DNA from: Candidatus Latescibacterota bacterium
GTDB taxonomy: Bacteria; Latescibacterota; UBA2968
DNA: 64,000 nucleotides
Assembly: GCA_965205975.1 (NCBI GenBank)
Contig: OZ242195.1
Span: 1,312,001 to 1,376,000 of the forward strand
Direction: 5' to 3'
Shown: piece by piece, positions 55,601 through 64,000 of the stretch
Position numbering within the stretch: the first letter of the stretch is position 1
Layout: every line of letters starts with the position of its first letter
Notes under the pieces: generated by a model
The model's input: the letters and a program-made list of their open reading frames with translations, nothing else
Told to the model about the DNA's origin: nothing
Database searches by the model: none
Program-made: the position numbers and the translations under genes

Positions 55601-56274
55601 GATTTTTCCCTGCAAATACCGATGGGGACGATATTGTGGTGTTTGAGAACGAGCACAGAGATGCCGAGCGGGCGCGGTTGCCGATGTTGCGCCAGCAGCA
55701 AGAAAAACGCGGGGGGGGACCATATTTTTCACTGGCCGATTTTGTCGCGCCAGCCGGATATACGGATTATATCGGGGCATTTGCCGTGACTGCGGGTTTG
55801 GGTGTTGACGCAAAAGCTGCGGCGTTTAAGGACGCGCTGGACGATTACAATGCCATTTTGCTTCAGGCTATAGCGGATCGTCTGGCTGAGGCATTTGCCG
55901 AGTGTTTGCACGCAAAGGCGCGGAGAGATTGGGGCTATGGTCTGGATGAGGCGTTGAGCAATGAGGATTTGATCAGGGAGAGATATCGCGGTATTCGCCC
56001 TGCGCCCGGTTATCCCGCTTGCCCGGATCACACGGAGAAGGAGACTTTGTTTGATTTGCTCGGGGTTGAGAAAGAGACGGATATTCGGTTGACGGAGAAT
56101 TTTGCGATGTCTCCAGCGGCTTCGGTCAGCGGCTGGTATTTCGCACATCCCGATGCGCGCTATTTCGCCGTGGGCAAGATCAACGCGGATCAGGTGGCCG
56201 ATTACGCACGGCGGAAGGGAATGCATAAGGCGGAGATGGAGCGCTGGCTGGTGCCGAATTTGGGGTATAAGTAG
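52618..56274 (+). CDS. metH: Cobalamin-dependent methionine synthase
   Basis: [32 protein letters not shown] and [13 protein letters not shown]. Confidence 0.98.
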   Translation: MRDIDTTIRNLMSERILLLDGAMATMIQAYDLDEQAFRGDGFVDHSVDVKGCSDLLCLTQPHLIADVHRRFLDAGADIIETNTFNATPISMAEYQLQDRVYDLNVAAARVARQAADEVTRQNPNKPRFVAGALGPTSCTLSLSPNVNDPAFRTHTFEDVVKGYYAQIEGLMAGGVDIILVETVFDTLTAKAALFAVSRYFSDYGIKVPVMISGTVADQSGRTLSGQTIEAFWLSMAHAQPLSVGINCALGAREMRPYVEALSHFAPAFMSCYPNAGLPNEFGEYDDSPEHMAGVLGDFAAQGWLNIVGGCCGTTPEYIAAIAEAVSDKAPRKIPERPSVSRFSGLEPMIIYPDSNFIMIGERTNVTGSRRFARLIKTGDYAAALAVAREQVVGGANMIDVNMDEGLLNSKDAMATFLKLIAGEPDIARVPIVIDSSDFEVIEAGLKCVQGKAIVNSISLKEGEAVFKSQAETVLRYGAAVVVMAFDEKGQATSIEDKVRICQRAYRILTEDVGMDASDIIFDPNILTVATGIEEHNGYAVNFIEAVKQIKDLCPGAKTSGGVSNISFSFRGNDYVREAIHAAFLYHAIQAGLDMGIVNAGQLMVYEEIPENLRVLIEDVLFNRREDATERLVDFAESVRSEGKSREKDDAWRQGAVEDRLKHALLHGQSEHLEEDLEEALGKYKPLEMIEGPLMDGMNVVGDLFGAGKMFLPQVVKTARVMKQAVAYLEPLMEDDKAGGGARGKVLMATVKGDVHDIGKNIVGVVLGCNNYEVIDLGVMVPADRILKVAREKAVDIIGLSGLITPSLNEMVHVAGEMQREAFDVPLLIGGATTSRKHTAVKIAPVYDYATVHVKDASRATGVVGTLLNTEQRDEYVQANRESQQRALAEFNISQRPLISYSDALARRQTFDWTQIDLPRPSFTDVQALRDFPISQLVEFIDWGPFFHAWELRGSYPKILNDPHKGAEARKLFDDAQTMLQAIADEGWLKAQAVYGFFPANTDGDDIVVFENEHRDAERARLPMLRQQQEKRGGGPYFSLADFVAPAGYTDYIGAFAVTAGLGVDAKAAAFKDALDDYNAILLQAIADRLAEAFAECLHAKARRDWGYGLDEALSNEDLIRERYRGIRPAPGYPACPDHTEKETLFDLLGVEKETDIRLTENFAMSPAASVSGWYFAHPDARYFAVGKINADQVADYARRKGMHKAEMERWLVPNLGYK

Positions 56275-56275
56275 T

Positions 56276-56306
56276 ATCCGCAGATGTACGCAGATAAACG
56301 CAGATG
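56276..56306 (+). repeat. CGCAGAT repeat, copy 5
   Basis: ATCCGCAGATGTACGCAGATAAACGCAGATG, 1 bp after the metH stop. Confidence 0.9.
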
Positions 56307-56318
56307 AAAGACGAGAAT

Positions 56319-56798
56319 ATGAACAAGGCTTATGTTGAGTGGCGAGATGAAGGCTATTGGATTGCGAATAGCCGGGTCTCGCTGGATACCATCGTTTATT
56401 CATTTTTAGATGGACAATCTCCTGAGAGTATTGCCCAATCGCTTCCCGCACTGACACTTGAACAGGTCTATGGAGCTATTGCGTTCTATCTTGCTCATCA
56501 AGCAGAAATTGAGATATATCTTGAGAGAGCGAAAGCAGATTTTGATACAAGGCGAAAAGCGTCCAGGGATTCAGACCCTGTATTTTATCAGAAATTAGCG
56601 GATGCACGACATCGCGGTGAGACAATTCAGATACTTTGGAGCCATATTGAGTCTCGTCTCAATTCATCATTCCCAGAATGGCAAGAGCATATTGATAGCT
56701 TCGGTCAAGTAGCAGCCATTGAGAAGAGAATAGATGGCAAGACTTGGTGTTATGCTTCAGATAGAAATGGACTTTTGTGGTGCATTGATAAGCTATAA
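56319..56798 (+). pseudogene. DUF433-family protein fused to an unrelated fragment and cut by an IS
   Basis: SRVSLDTIV..F..GQSPESIAQSLPALTLEQVYGAIAFY; the last 16 codons lie inside the IS left end. Confidence 0.75.
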
Positions 56799-56824
56799 AT
56801 TGGGCTGTCCCCAAGGAGGAGTCC

Positions 56825-57133
56825 ATGTCGAAGAAGCGTAAGCAATATTCTCCCGAAGAGAAGGTGTCGATTTTGCGTCGTCATCTGTTAGATGGCGTGC
56901 CCGTGTCAGATTTGTGTGATGCACACGGGATTCACCCGACGATGTTCTACCAGTGGCAGAAGGTGTTTTTCGAGCAAGGTACCTCAGCCTTTGCGCCAAA
57001 GCAGAGTGTGCATGAGAAACAGCAGGCGAGAAAGATTGCTGTCTTAGAGGCCAAATTGGCAACAAAGAACGAAGTGTTGTCAGAACTGATGGAAGAGCAC
57101 ATTTTTCTAAAAAAAAGTCTTGGGGAGACCTGA
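56825..57133 (+). CDS. IS3 transposase OrfA (HTH)
   Basis: RKQYSPEEKV and HGIHPTMFYQW; A8G slippery site at 57109-57117. Confidence 0.93.
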   Translation: MSKKRKQYSPEEKVSILRRHLLDGVPVSDLCDAHGIHPTMFYQWQKVFFEQGTSAFAPKQSVHEKQQARKIAVLEAKLATKNEVLSELMEEHIFLKKSLGET

Positions 57134-57168
57134 GTCAACGTCCGATTTCGAGGGTCATTCGCGATGCG

Positions 57169-58101
57169 GTGATTGATTTTGTGGTCCATTGGCACAAGCA
57201 AACCGGTATCTTTATCGGTCAGTTTTTATCCTTATTAGGGTTATCTACAAGCACATATTATGACTGGAAAGCCCGGTATGGTGCGCCCAATGGCACTTAT
57301 GGGTCACTGCCCAAGAGTTCCTGGCTCTTGGACTGGGAGAAGCAAGCCATTATCACTTATGCCATAGCGCACCCCGACCAGGGGTATCGTCGTTTGGCGT
57401 ATCAGATGATAGATGAAGATGTTGTAGCTGTTTCACCCAGTAGCGTGTATCGCGTGCTCAAAGGCGCCGATCTGCTTAGTCGAACTTTAAAAAAGGTCTC
57501 AAAGAAGGGGACAGGATTTGACCAGCCAACACGGGCACACCAGCACTGGCATGTGGATGTATCCTATTTGAATATCTGCGGGACCTTCTACTACTTATGT
57601 GCCCTTTTAGATGGCTATAGTCGCTTTCTCGTCCATTTTGAGATTCGAGAAGCGATGCGAGAAGCAGATGTCGAGATCATTATTCAAAGAGGCAGAGAAA
57701 AGTTCCCCAACGTCAGGCCGCGTATCATCTCGGACAATGGTCCACAGTTTATTGCCCTTGCCTTCAAGTCCTTTATCAGACACTGCGGGATGACCCATGT
57801 GCGCACTTCGCCGTTTTATCCGCAATCCAATGGCAAGATCGAGCGGTGGCACCAGTCGCTCAAGCGCGAGTGTATTCGTCCCAAAACACCGACGAATTTG
57901 GAGGAGGCGCGAGAAGTGGTTGCCAGATTTGTCGCGCATTACAACCACAAGAGATACCACGCCAGCATCGGGTATATCGCGCCTGTTGATAAACTGTGTG
58001 GTCGAGCACCACTTATTTTTCGAGAACGAAAACGCAAGTTGGCGCAAGCAAAATGCTTGCGTGCCCAACTCAGAGCCGTCAAACCCGTTGCCCATTTGTA
58101 G
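57169..58101 (+). CDS. IS3 transposase OrfB (DDE), in the -1 frame to OrfA
   Basis: WHVDVSY, ISDNGPQF and PQSNGKIERW. Confidence 0.95.
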   Translation: MIDFVVHWHKQTGIFIGQFLSLLGLSTSTYYDWKARYGAPNGTYGSLPKSSWLLDWEKQAIITYAIAHPDQGYRRLAYQMIDEDVVAVSPSSVYRVLKGADLLSRTLKKVSKKGTGFDQPTRAHQHWHVDVSYLNICGTFYYLCALLDGYSRFLVHFEIREAMREADVEIIIQRGREKFPNVRPRIISDNGPQFIALAFKSFIRHCGMTHVRTSPFYPQSNGKIERWHQSLKRECIRPKTPTNLEEAREVVARFVAHYNHKRYHASIGYIAPVDKLCGRAPLIFRERKRKLAQAKCLRAQLRAVKPVAHL

Positions 58102-58146
58102 CTTAACTACAACACCCAAAATTCCAATTTACTTTGAACCATTACA

Positions 58147-58356
58147 CAAGAGGATGCAGAAATCGCTCGCGCTTACGGTGTGCATCCCGTAAGTCTGTCA
58201 AACTGGAAACGTCAGTTTATAGACAGTGGTGCAGAGATTTTCTCTACCAATGATACCGTCAAGACGTATGAAGCGCGTGTGTCTGATCTGGAGCGCCTGT
58301 TAGGTCAGAAAGAAGTCGAACTGGCCTTGCTCAAAAATTTTTTAGGCAACCGTTGA
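58147..58356 (+). pseudogene. 5'-truncated IS3 OrfA
   Basis: Hand translation QEDAEIARAYGVHPVSLSNWKRQF...LERLLGQKEVELALLKNFLGNR*. Confidence 0.85.
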
Positions 58357-59261
58357 GCGTGTCAGACAAAGTAGAACTGGTCGAAAAGCATAAAGGCAGG
58401 TATGGTCTAAATATGTGTTGCCGTGCCTTAGGCTTGTCGAAAGGGACGCTTGCCTATCGTCGTGGTCGGGCCTCTTGTTCTCAGGCAGATGAACAGATAA
58501 AGGCTGAGATCGTCACCACAATCCGGCATCACCCCGATTATGGGTATCGTCGCATCAAGGAAGACCTGATAGCGCGTGCTGGCATCGTGGTCAATCATAA
58601 GCGGTTGCGTAAGATATTGTCAACGTATGAGTTAGACTTACCTCGTCATCTGCCAAAACGCGGCAAGAATCCGGTATTGAAGCTGATAAGCCAAGTGGGA
58701 CAAGACGCCAATTTAGTTCAGAACCGCACCGTTGATCCCTTGCGAGTCTTTTGCACCGACTTTACAGAATTGCTCTATTGCCAAGGACAGAAAAAAGCGT
58801 GGTTAATGGCGTTTTTGGACATCCACACCAGGTGGATCGCAGGCTTTGGCGTGGGCGCACATCGCAACCGTGACCTGGCGATTTATTGTTTGGATCAGTT
58901 ACAAAACAACCTGAGTTGTTTGGACAGGAGACTGTCTGACATCCTCATCCATCACGACCGCGATTCGGTTTATACCTCATACGACTGGTTACATCGTGTG
59001 TTGATTGAAGAACGTGCAGGGATTTCTTTTGCGATGAATGGGGCAAAAGATAATCCGTGGATAGAGTCCTTTTGGGGACGTTTTAAGACGGAAAACAAGA
59101 CTTTGATTATGCACGCAGAATCTTTGACAGAACTTATCTGTGTGATTGGGCAACAAATGACGTATTACAATCAAGATCGAAGGCATTCTGCCTTGAGCTA
59201 CCAGACGCCACAAGAAGTGGTGCAGGCCATTCTTATGAGAAATATCACGGCTGACCCTTAG
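58353..59261 (+). CDS. IS3 transposase OrfB
   Basis: YGYRRI, FCTDFTE, HHDRDSVY and DNPWIESFWGRFKTE. Confidence 0.93.
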   Translation: MSVSDKVELVEKHKGRYGLNMCCRALGLSKGTLAYRRGRASCSQADEQIKAEIVTTIRHHPDYGYRRIKEDLIARAGIVVNHKRLRKILSTYELDLPRHLPKRGKNPVLKLISQVGQDANLVQNRTVDPLRVFCTDFTELLYCQGQKKAWLMAFLDIHTRWIAGFGVGAHRNRDLAIYCLDQLQNNLSCLDRRLSDILIHHDRDSVYTSYDWLHRVLIEERAGISFAMNGAKDNPWIESFWGRFKTENKTLIMHAESLTELICVIGQQMTYYNQDRRHSALSYQTPQEVVQAILMRNITADP

Positions 59262-59403
59262 TGTAAATTAGCCTGATAACTGGTTCAAATTTTGGGTCAC
59301 AGATCCAGCCGAAAGCGGGACACCTTGTGTATTTGGCTTGCGGAATGCTCTATTTAACCAGATCAGAGATGCAAGAAATAGTATATATTTAAGCATACTA
59401 TAG

Positions 59404-59448
59404 TTGACAAATATGACATCACATCGTATGTTTATTTGTACATACAAA
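59404..59448 (+). promoter_or_regulatory. Sigma70 promoter with downstream palindromic operator
   Basis: TTGACA-17 bp-TATGTT; TTTGTA-CA-TACAAA at 59435-59448. Confidence 0.6.
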
Positions 59449-59460
59449 AGGAGGACCGTC

Positions 59461-59697
59461 ATGGCAAAAAGCAAGCGTGTTGGTTTTACATTTGATGAGC
59501 GGAGTTTAAAAGCCCTGGAAGTTATGACCGCAGAGGGTAACTATAACTCGATGGCTGATACTGTTCGTGAATCTTTGCGAATCAGTCGTGCTCTTCAAAC
59601 CCAGGCGAAGCAAGGCTTTTCTGAAATCACGTTACGCAATCCCGACACAGGTGAAGAACGCGTCGTTGTCATTCCTCATTTGCAATCATTAGCTTAA
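59461..59697 (+). CDS. Ribbon-helix-helix-like small DNA-binding protein
   Basis: KRVGFTFDERSLKALE...SMADTVRESL; AAGGAGG RBS. Confidence 0.7.
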   Translation: MAKSKRVGFTFDERSLKALEVMTAEGNYNSMADTVRESLRISRALQTQAKQGFSEITLRNPDTGEERVVVIPHLQSLA

Positions 59698-59735
59698 GAA
59701 ATCGTTATCTCACGTTTAGCCGAGCATTTTGATTT

Positions 59736-59969
59736 ATGGCAGATAAACCAGATAAAGAAATTCAATTGGACGACGATAGTGTTATTGGAGAAATAACAGA
59801 TTTTGACCAAAAAGCCGAATATGAACAAGCCATTCAAAAACAGGAAGCGGACACTACTCGAAGGCTGGCTTTTTTATCTGTTCTGATGCTTGGTGGCTAT
59901 CTTCTTCTTCACTATATCGCGACGATTGTCATTGGTATTTGGGGACCTGACAACCTGTTGACACCGTAA
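59736..59969 (+). pseudogene. Membrane protein gene, probably 3'-truncated
   Basis: Acidic N-part and one TM; ends where the TIR gene remnant begins. Confidence 0.5.
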
Positions 59970-60657
59970 CACCGAAATTGCCATTGCCAACACGTTTGAA
60001 GAGAACTCCCGTCATGTGAGAGACTTCACCTCAATCGACTACGTATCACCAATAGCAACCTCAGAATCAGACTATCAGTGGTGGTATATCAGCGGGCTAG
60101 AGCAGGCTACTTCCGTTTTGCAATCAATGATTGAAGAGGTCGAGGAGTATTGGGAGGATGACTCATTAGCCGCCGGAGTTTCAACATCAGATAATAAAAC
60201 AAGTCCAGAACACCTGCGTGATGTTTTCATAATTCATGGACGCGACGACGGCACGAAAGAAATCGTCGCTCGATTTATCGAGCGACTCGGGCTAAAGCCT
60301 ATTATCCTTCATGAAGAACCCGACCAAGGGCAAACGATTATTGAGAAGTTTGAACAACATGCTGAGGTTGCATTCGCAATTGCTCTCCTCACCCCGGACG
60401 ATACTGGTGGCCTGGCAGACGAAGAACAGTCTCATAAGCCACGCGCACGCCAAAATGTCATTTTTGAATTTGGATATTTTATGGGCAAGTTAGGCCGCCA
60501 GCGAGTTTGTGCGTTAAAAAAGGAGAATGTCGAGACACCTTCCGACTATGACGGTGTGTTATATATTCCCTTTGATGAATCGGGCGCATGGAGGATGAAA
60601 CTCGTGGGAGAGTTGAAGACCGCGGGACTCGACGTTGATGCAAATCGGGCATTCTGA
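59962..60657 (+). pseudogene. TIR-like nucleotide-binding protein (Cap12/Pycsar-effector-type TIR), 5'-truncated
   Basis: VFIIHGRD, QTIIEKFE, LLTPDD, RARQNVIFEFGYF and PSDYDG; the frame stays open upstream of GTG 60016 to 59962 with no start or RBS. Confidence 0.8.
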
Positions 60658-60791
60658 TCGTCGTGGAACAAGTCTTTGGACTTTACCAGATTTTTGCCCA
60701 CCAATCTTTAGTCCCACAAAATCAATTGATTGTGCTAACTATCTGGGCGAGAATAAGTTGTGCATTCGATTGCCTTTCCCGCTGTCCTGTG

Positions 60792-61118
60792 CTACAACTT
60801 GATACAATCTAATCTCAACCGAAATCCCAGCGCGGAGATAATGGCCATCAGGTTATCGAGTTTCGGTTTGCTGCGACTTGAAAGCACGCGGTAGAGATGT
60901 TCGCGGTTCAGTCCGGCGCGTTCTGCCAATGCACCAACACCACCTTGTGCCTGGGTGACATCGCGCAAGGCTAATAACAGCCCATCAGTCTCACCACTTG
61001 CCTCACACTCATCCAGTGCGACCTCCAGATAAGCCCGAGCTTCTTCGGGGTCTTTGAGAGATTTTATCAGTCCCTCTTCGTAACTGACCGTGTGTTTCAA
61101 AACCTGTTTTTTAGTCAT
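60792..61118 (-). CDS. Addiction-module antidote (HTH, HI1420-like)
   Basis: LALRDVTQAQGGV..LAERAGLNREHLYRVLS. Confidence 0.9.
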   Translation of the reverse strand: MTKKQVLKHTVSYEEGLIKSLKDPEEARAYLEVALDECEASGETDGLLLALRDVTQAQGGVGALAERAGLNREHLYRVLSSRSKPKLDNLMAIISALGFRLRLDCIKL

Positions 61119-61449
61119 GGCTACGGCTCCTCAAATCCTGCCAATACATTTTGGCGCGTTCAATGTCGCGGCGTTGTGAGCGTTTAGTACCACCGCAGAG
61201 CAATATTACAACCACTCTTTCAAATTCTCCATAATACACGCGGTACCCTGGACCATAGTGGATTCTCAGTTCAAATACGCCCTCACCTACAGGCTCGGCA
61301 TCGCCCATATTGCCCAATCGCACGCGATTAATTCGGTTGCGAATGATCGCTCGTGCTTTTCTATCTCGAAGAGATAGCAACCAATCCTCAAAGGGCACGC
61401 GCCCTTGAAGTGAAACATAATTTCGTACCGTTCTGGGAAATACGTTCAT
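61111..61449 (-). CDS. RelE/ParE-fold addiction-module toxin (HI1419-like)
   Basis: GNMGDAEPVGEGVFELRIHYGPGYRVYY and LLCGG.K..Q.RDI. Confidence 0.92.
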   Translation of the reverse strand: MNVFPRTVRNYVSLQGRVPFEDWLLSLRDRKARAIIRNRINRVRLGNMGDAEPVGEGVFELRIHYGPGYRVYYGEFERVVVILLCGGTKRSQRRDIERAKMYWQDLRSRSHD

Positions 61450-61506
61450 ATTTAGAATGTAGCGTACACGCTACAAAAAGTAAACGAAAAACAGCAGGAA
61501 AACAGC

Positions 61507-62115
61507 ATGCATGTTTACGTCGTCTTCGCTCATCCGAGTAGGCGATCTTTTACGGGTGATGTGCTGGCAGAGTTCTGTCGTGGGTTGGGGGATGGAGGCC
61601 ACTCGTATGAGATAGGCGATTTATACAAAATGGATTTCAGGACTGATATGAGTCTGGATGAATACAACCGGGAGATGAATGTGTATGGCAATCGTCCAGA
61701 ATTGCCCGTTCCACCGGATGTGCAGGATGAACATGCAAAGATCGAGAAGGCTGATAGTCTGGTATTTATTTTTTCAAATTGGTGGAGTGATGGTCCGGCA
61801 AAATTGAAGGGATGGTTTGATCGGGTCTGTGTCTGTGGATATACGTATGTGTATGAGGATGAGGAATATGCGATATCTGGACTCGAGATTGATAGTGCGT
61901 TGGTCTTGTGTACTGTGGGTCACACACTTGAGCATCTTGAAGAAACCGGTATTTTGGAGAGTATGCGATGTATCTATCTCAATGATCGCCTTCGTCCTGA
62001 AATAGGCGTGGCACAGACGGATATGGTTGTGTTGGGAGGTACGGTAGAAGGAGGAGAGAGCATGAGGCTTAAGAATCTCACACGAGCCTATCAGTTAGGG
62101 AAGGAGTTTTGCTGA
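61507..62115 (+). CDS. Flavodoxin-fold NAD(P)H-dependent oxidoreductase
   Basis: VVFAHPSRRSF, DLYKMDF and WW...PAKLKGWFDRV. Confidence 0.9.
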   Translation: MHVYVVFAHPSRRSFTGDVLAEFCRGLGDGGHSYEIGDLYKMDFRTDMSLDEYNREMNVYGNRPELPVPPDVQDEHAKIEKADSLVFIFSNWWSDGPAKLKGWFDRVCVCGYTYVYEDEEYAISGLEIDSALVLCTVGHTLEHLEETGILESMRCIYLNDRLRPEIGVAQTDMVVLGGTVEGGESMRLKNLTRAYQLGKEFC

Positions 62116-62272
62116 AAGTATTCTATCTATATATCCGTCCACCAGCTATTTAGCCCCACAACTTCTATTGATTTTGTGGGGATTTTTTATTTTTTCTAAA
62201 CTATTTTTTTTGAAAAACATTTGATGTGTTTGACTGAGCGTCGTATTATTGAGAAAATAAAGGAGGTGACCT

Positions 62273-62454
62273 GTGTCAAATATAGAGGCAATCAAGTCGG
62301 CAAATAAAAAAGATTGGGACAAATGGGATAAACAGATTGAGGCAGATTCGAAATCGGGAAAATTGGATTTTCTAATCGCTGAATCTAAAAAAGAAAAAGA
62401 GAAGGGAACACTCAAAGAGCTTTAATGCATCGGACGGAAAACGAAAAGGCATAA
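62273..62454 (+). pseudogene. Decayed toxin-antitoxin pair (shortened antitoxin plus 9-codon toxin stub)
   Basis: AAGGAGGTG RBS; MSNIEAIKSANKKDWDKWDKQIEADSKSGKLDFLI...GTLKEL* coupled by TAATG to MHRTENEKA*. Confidence 0.65.
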
Positions 62455-62457
62455 ACA

Positions 62458-63870
62458 ATGCGCAGAGCGAAAATTGTGAGTACACTGGGTCCTGCGAGTT
62501 CATCTGAGCGCGTGATAGAGCAACTGATTGGGGCAGGGGTGGATGTTTTTCGGCTCAACTTTTCACACGGGACACGGGAGGAACACGCCGAAAATGTTGG
62601 GCGCATTCGGCAGATTGCGGATAACATGCAGCGCAGTATCGCCATTTTACAGGATTTGCAGGGTCCCAAAATGCGGGTGGGGAAACTCGCAGAGGATCCG
62701 ATTGAGTTGGAAGAAGGCAACAGGCTGACGGTGACGACCCGCGAAGTGCCGGGCGATGCCGAGTGCGTATCGACAACTTATGCGAGATTACCCCGAGATG
62801 TGAAACCCGCGGACCGCATATTGCTCGATGACGGGCATATTGAGTTGATGGTGCGAGAAGTCTATCGTTCGGATGTTGTGTGTGAAGTTGTGGTGGGTGG
62901 GCTATTAAAATCCAATAAGGGCATCAATTTGCCCGGTGTACAGGTCAGCGCGCCTTCTCTGACGACCAAAGACCGAGAGGATCTGGATCTGGGCATTGAA
63001 TTGGGCGTGGATTATATTGCGCTGTCTTTTGTGCGGGAACCCGACGATGTGCGAGAGGTTCAACATATTATTGAACGGGCAGAAAAGGAGATCCCCGTTA
63101 TCGCAAAGCTGGAACGCGCCGAAGCCGTCGATCACCTCGAAGATATCCTCGATGTTGCCGACGGCGTAATGGTTGCACGGGGCGATCTGGGCGTGGAATT
63201 ATCACCTGAAGACGTGCCAGTGATCCAGAAGCGCGTGATTTCGGCGGCCAACCGCGCAGGGGTATTCGTGATTACGGCTACGCAGATGCTGGAGTCGATG
63301 ACCGATCACCCACGACCCACGCGCGCCGAGGCGTCAGATGTGGCCAATGCGATTTTTGACGGCACCGATGCGGTCATGCTGTCTGGCGAGACTGCGATTG
63401 GCAAATATCCCGTTCAAACCGTGCAAATGATGGCGCGGATTATTGAAAAGGCCGAAGCGAGTGTAGAATTGGCTCCGCCAATTTTGAATCTGGATTCGCT
63501 CTCTTTTCCGGATGCGATAGGGCAAGCCGCCGCTGCGGTATCAACTGCGGTATCTCCCAAAACCATTGTCGCATTTACCCAGTCGGGATCTACTGCGCGT
63601 CTAATTTCAAAACGCAGACCGCGCACGCCGATTATTGCGTTTACGCCCAACGCGCGAATATGTCGTCGGTTGTGCTTGTGCTGGGGCGTTGAACCTCGTC
63701 AAATTACGCTGATCGACGATACGGATCGCATGGTAGCGGAAGTTGAAGCGCGTTTGCTCTCTGAGGGCAATGTGCGTTTCGGAGATACGCTGGTGATTCT
63801 GGCCGGTGCGCCCATCACGGCGCGGGCCGAGACCAATTTGCTGAAATTGCATCGGGTTGGAGAAATATAG
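62458..63870 (+). CDS. pyk: Pyruvate kinase
   Basis: KIVSTLGPAS, RLNFSHG, IAKLE, MVARGDLGVE and DAVMLSGETA. Confidence 0.98.
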   Translation: MRRAKIVSTLGPASSSERVIEQLIGAGVDVFRLNFSHGTREEHAENVGRIRQIADNMQRSIAILQDLQGPKMRVGKLAEDPIELEEGNRLTVTTREVPGDAECVSTTYARLPRDVKPADRILLDDGHIELMVREVYRSDVVCEVVVGGLLKSNKGINLPGVQVSAPSLTTKDREDLDLGIELGVDYIALSFVREPDDVREVQHIIERAEKEIPVIAKLERAEAVDHLEDILDVADGVMVARGDLGVELSPEDVPVIQKRVISAANRAGVFVITATQMLESMTDHPRPTRAEASDVANAIFDGTDAVMLSGETAIGKYPVQTVQMMARIIEKAEASVELAPPILNLDSLSFPDAIGQAAAAVSTAVSPKTIVAFTQSGSTARLISKRRPRTPIIAFTPNARICRRLCLCWGVEPRQITLIDDTDRMVAEVEARLLSEGNVRFGDTLVILAGAPITARAETNLLKLHRVGEI

Positions 63871-64000
63871 ATCTCATGGATGAAAAGATACATAATTCTC
63901 ATGACTTATTGTGACAGAATGAATTACATTTATTACCTAAAGGTCCTCTTTGTCAGATTGAGGACCTGTTTTATACTGATTGTTCTGATGGCTGTTGTGC

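Larger units (their letters stand above)
56748..58146 (+). mobile_element. Complete IS3-family insertion sequence, about 1.4 kb
   Basis: IRL TGTTATGCTTCAGATAGAAATGGACTTTTG versus IRR (reverse complement) TGTAATGGTTCAAAGTAAATTGGAATTTTG; TG...CA ends; no target duplication. Confidence 0.92.
58147..59307 (+). mobile_element. Second IS3-family element, left end missing
   Basis: OrfA remnant plus OrfB plus probable IRR TGGTTCAAATTTTGGGTCACAGATCCA. Confidence 0.85.

Noticed and set aside
17189..56306. Short repeat arrays as CRISPR
   Set aside because: Units are 8-10 bp in tandem without unique spacers, and no cas genes are present.
59736..60657. Complete CBASS, Pycsar or Thoeris system
   Set aside because: Only a truncated TIR gene is present; there is no cyclase or ThsA-like partner.

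Overview
Bacterial chromosomal window. The gene inventory (sulfatases, Gfo/Idh/MocA oxidoreductases, PhyH dioxygenase, DUF6785-like transporter, DUF5916-like barrel, MutL with degenerate endonuclease motifs, many toxin-antitoxin modules) suggests a Gram-negative FCB-related lineage such as Latescibacterota or Poribacteria; this is inference only. Core genes are a sigma54-driven hsp20-clpB, hpt, mutL-miaA-tRNA-Gly(CCC), metH, pyk, an RsmC-like methyltransferase and a uracil-DNA glycosylase. Metabolic genes include two xanthine-dehydrogenase-family molybdoenzyme operons and a divergent phosphonatase / phosphonoacetaldehyde-reductase pair. The strongest candidates for undescribed biology are: (1) a five-gene, translationally coupled ExbB/ExbD/TonB-like/TPR/PEGA operon with no TonB-dependent receptor or tolB-pal; (2) dispersed, transcription-oriented short tandem repeats (CGCAGAT 10-mers, ATTCGTCT 8-mers) at gene borders, alongside several intergenic hotspots of chimeric TA and defence gene fragments; (3) a structured leader upstream of mutL; (4) a possible hydroxyethylphosphonate catabolic pair. 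Two adjacent IS3-family elements lie at 56.7-59.3 kb. All family assignments come from recognising motifs by eye; no searches were run. Start codons were adjusted from the ORF track where an RBS or gene overlap supported it.
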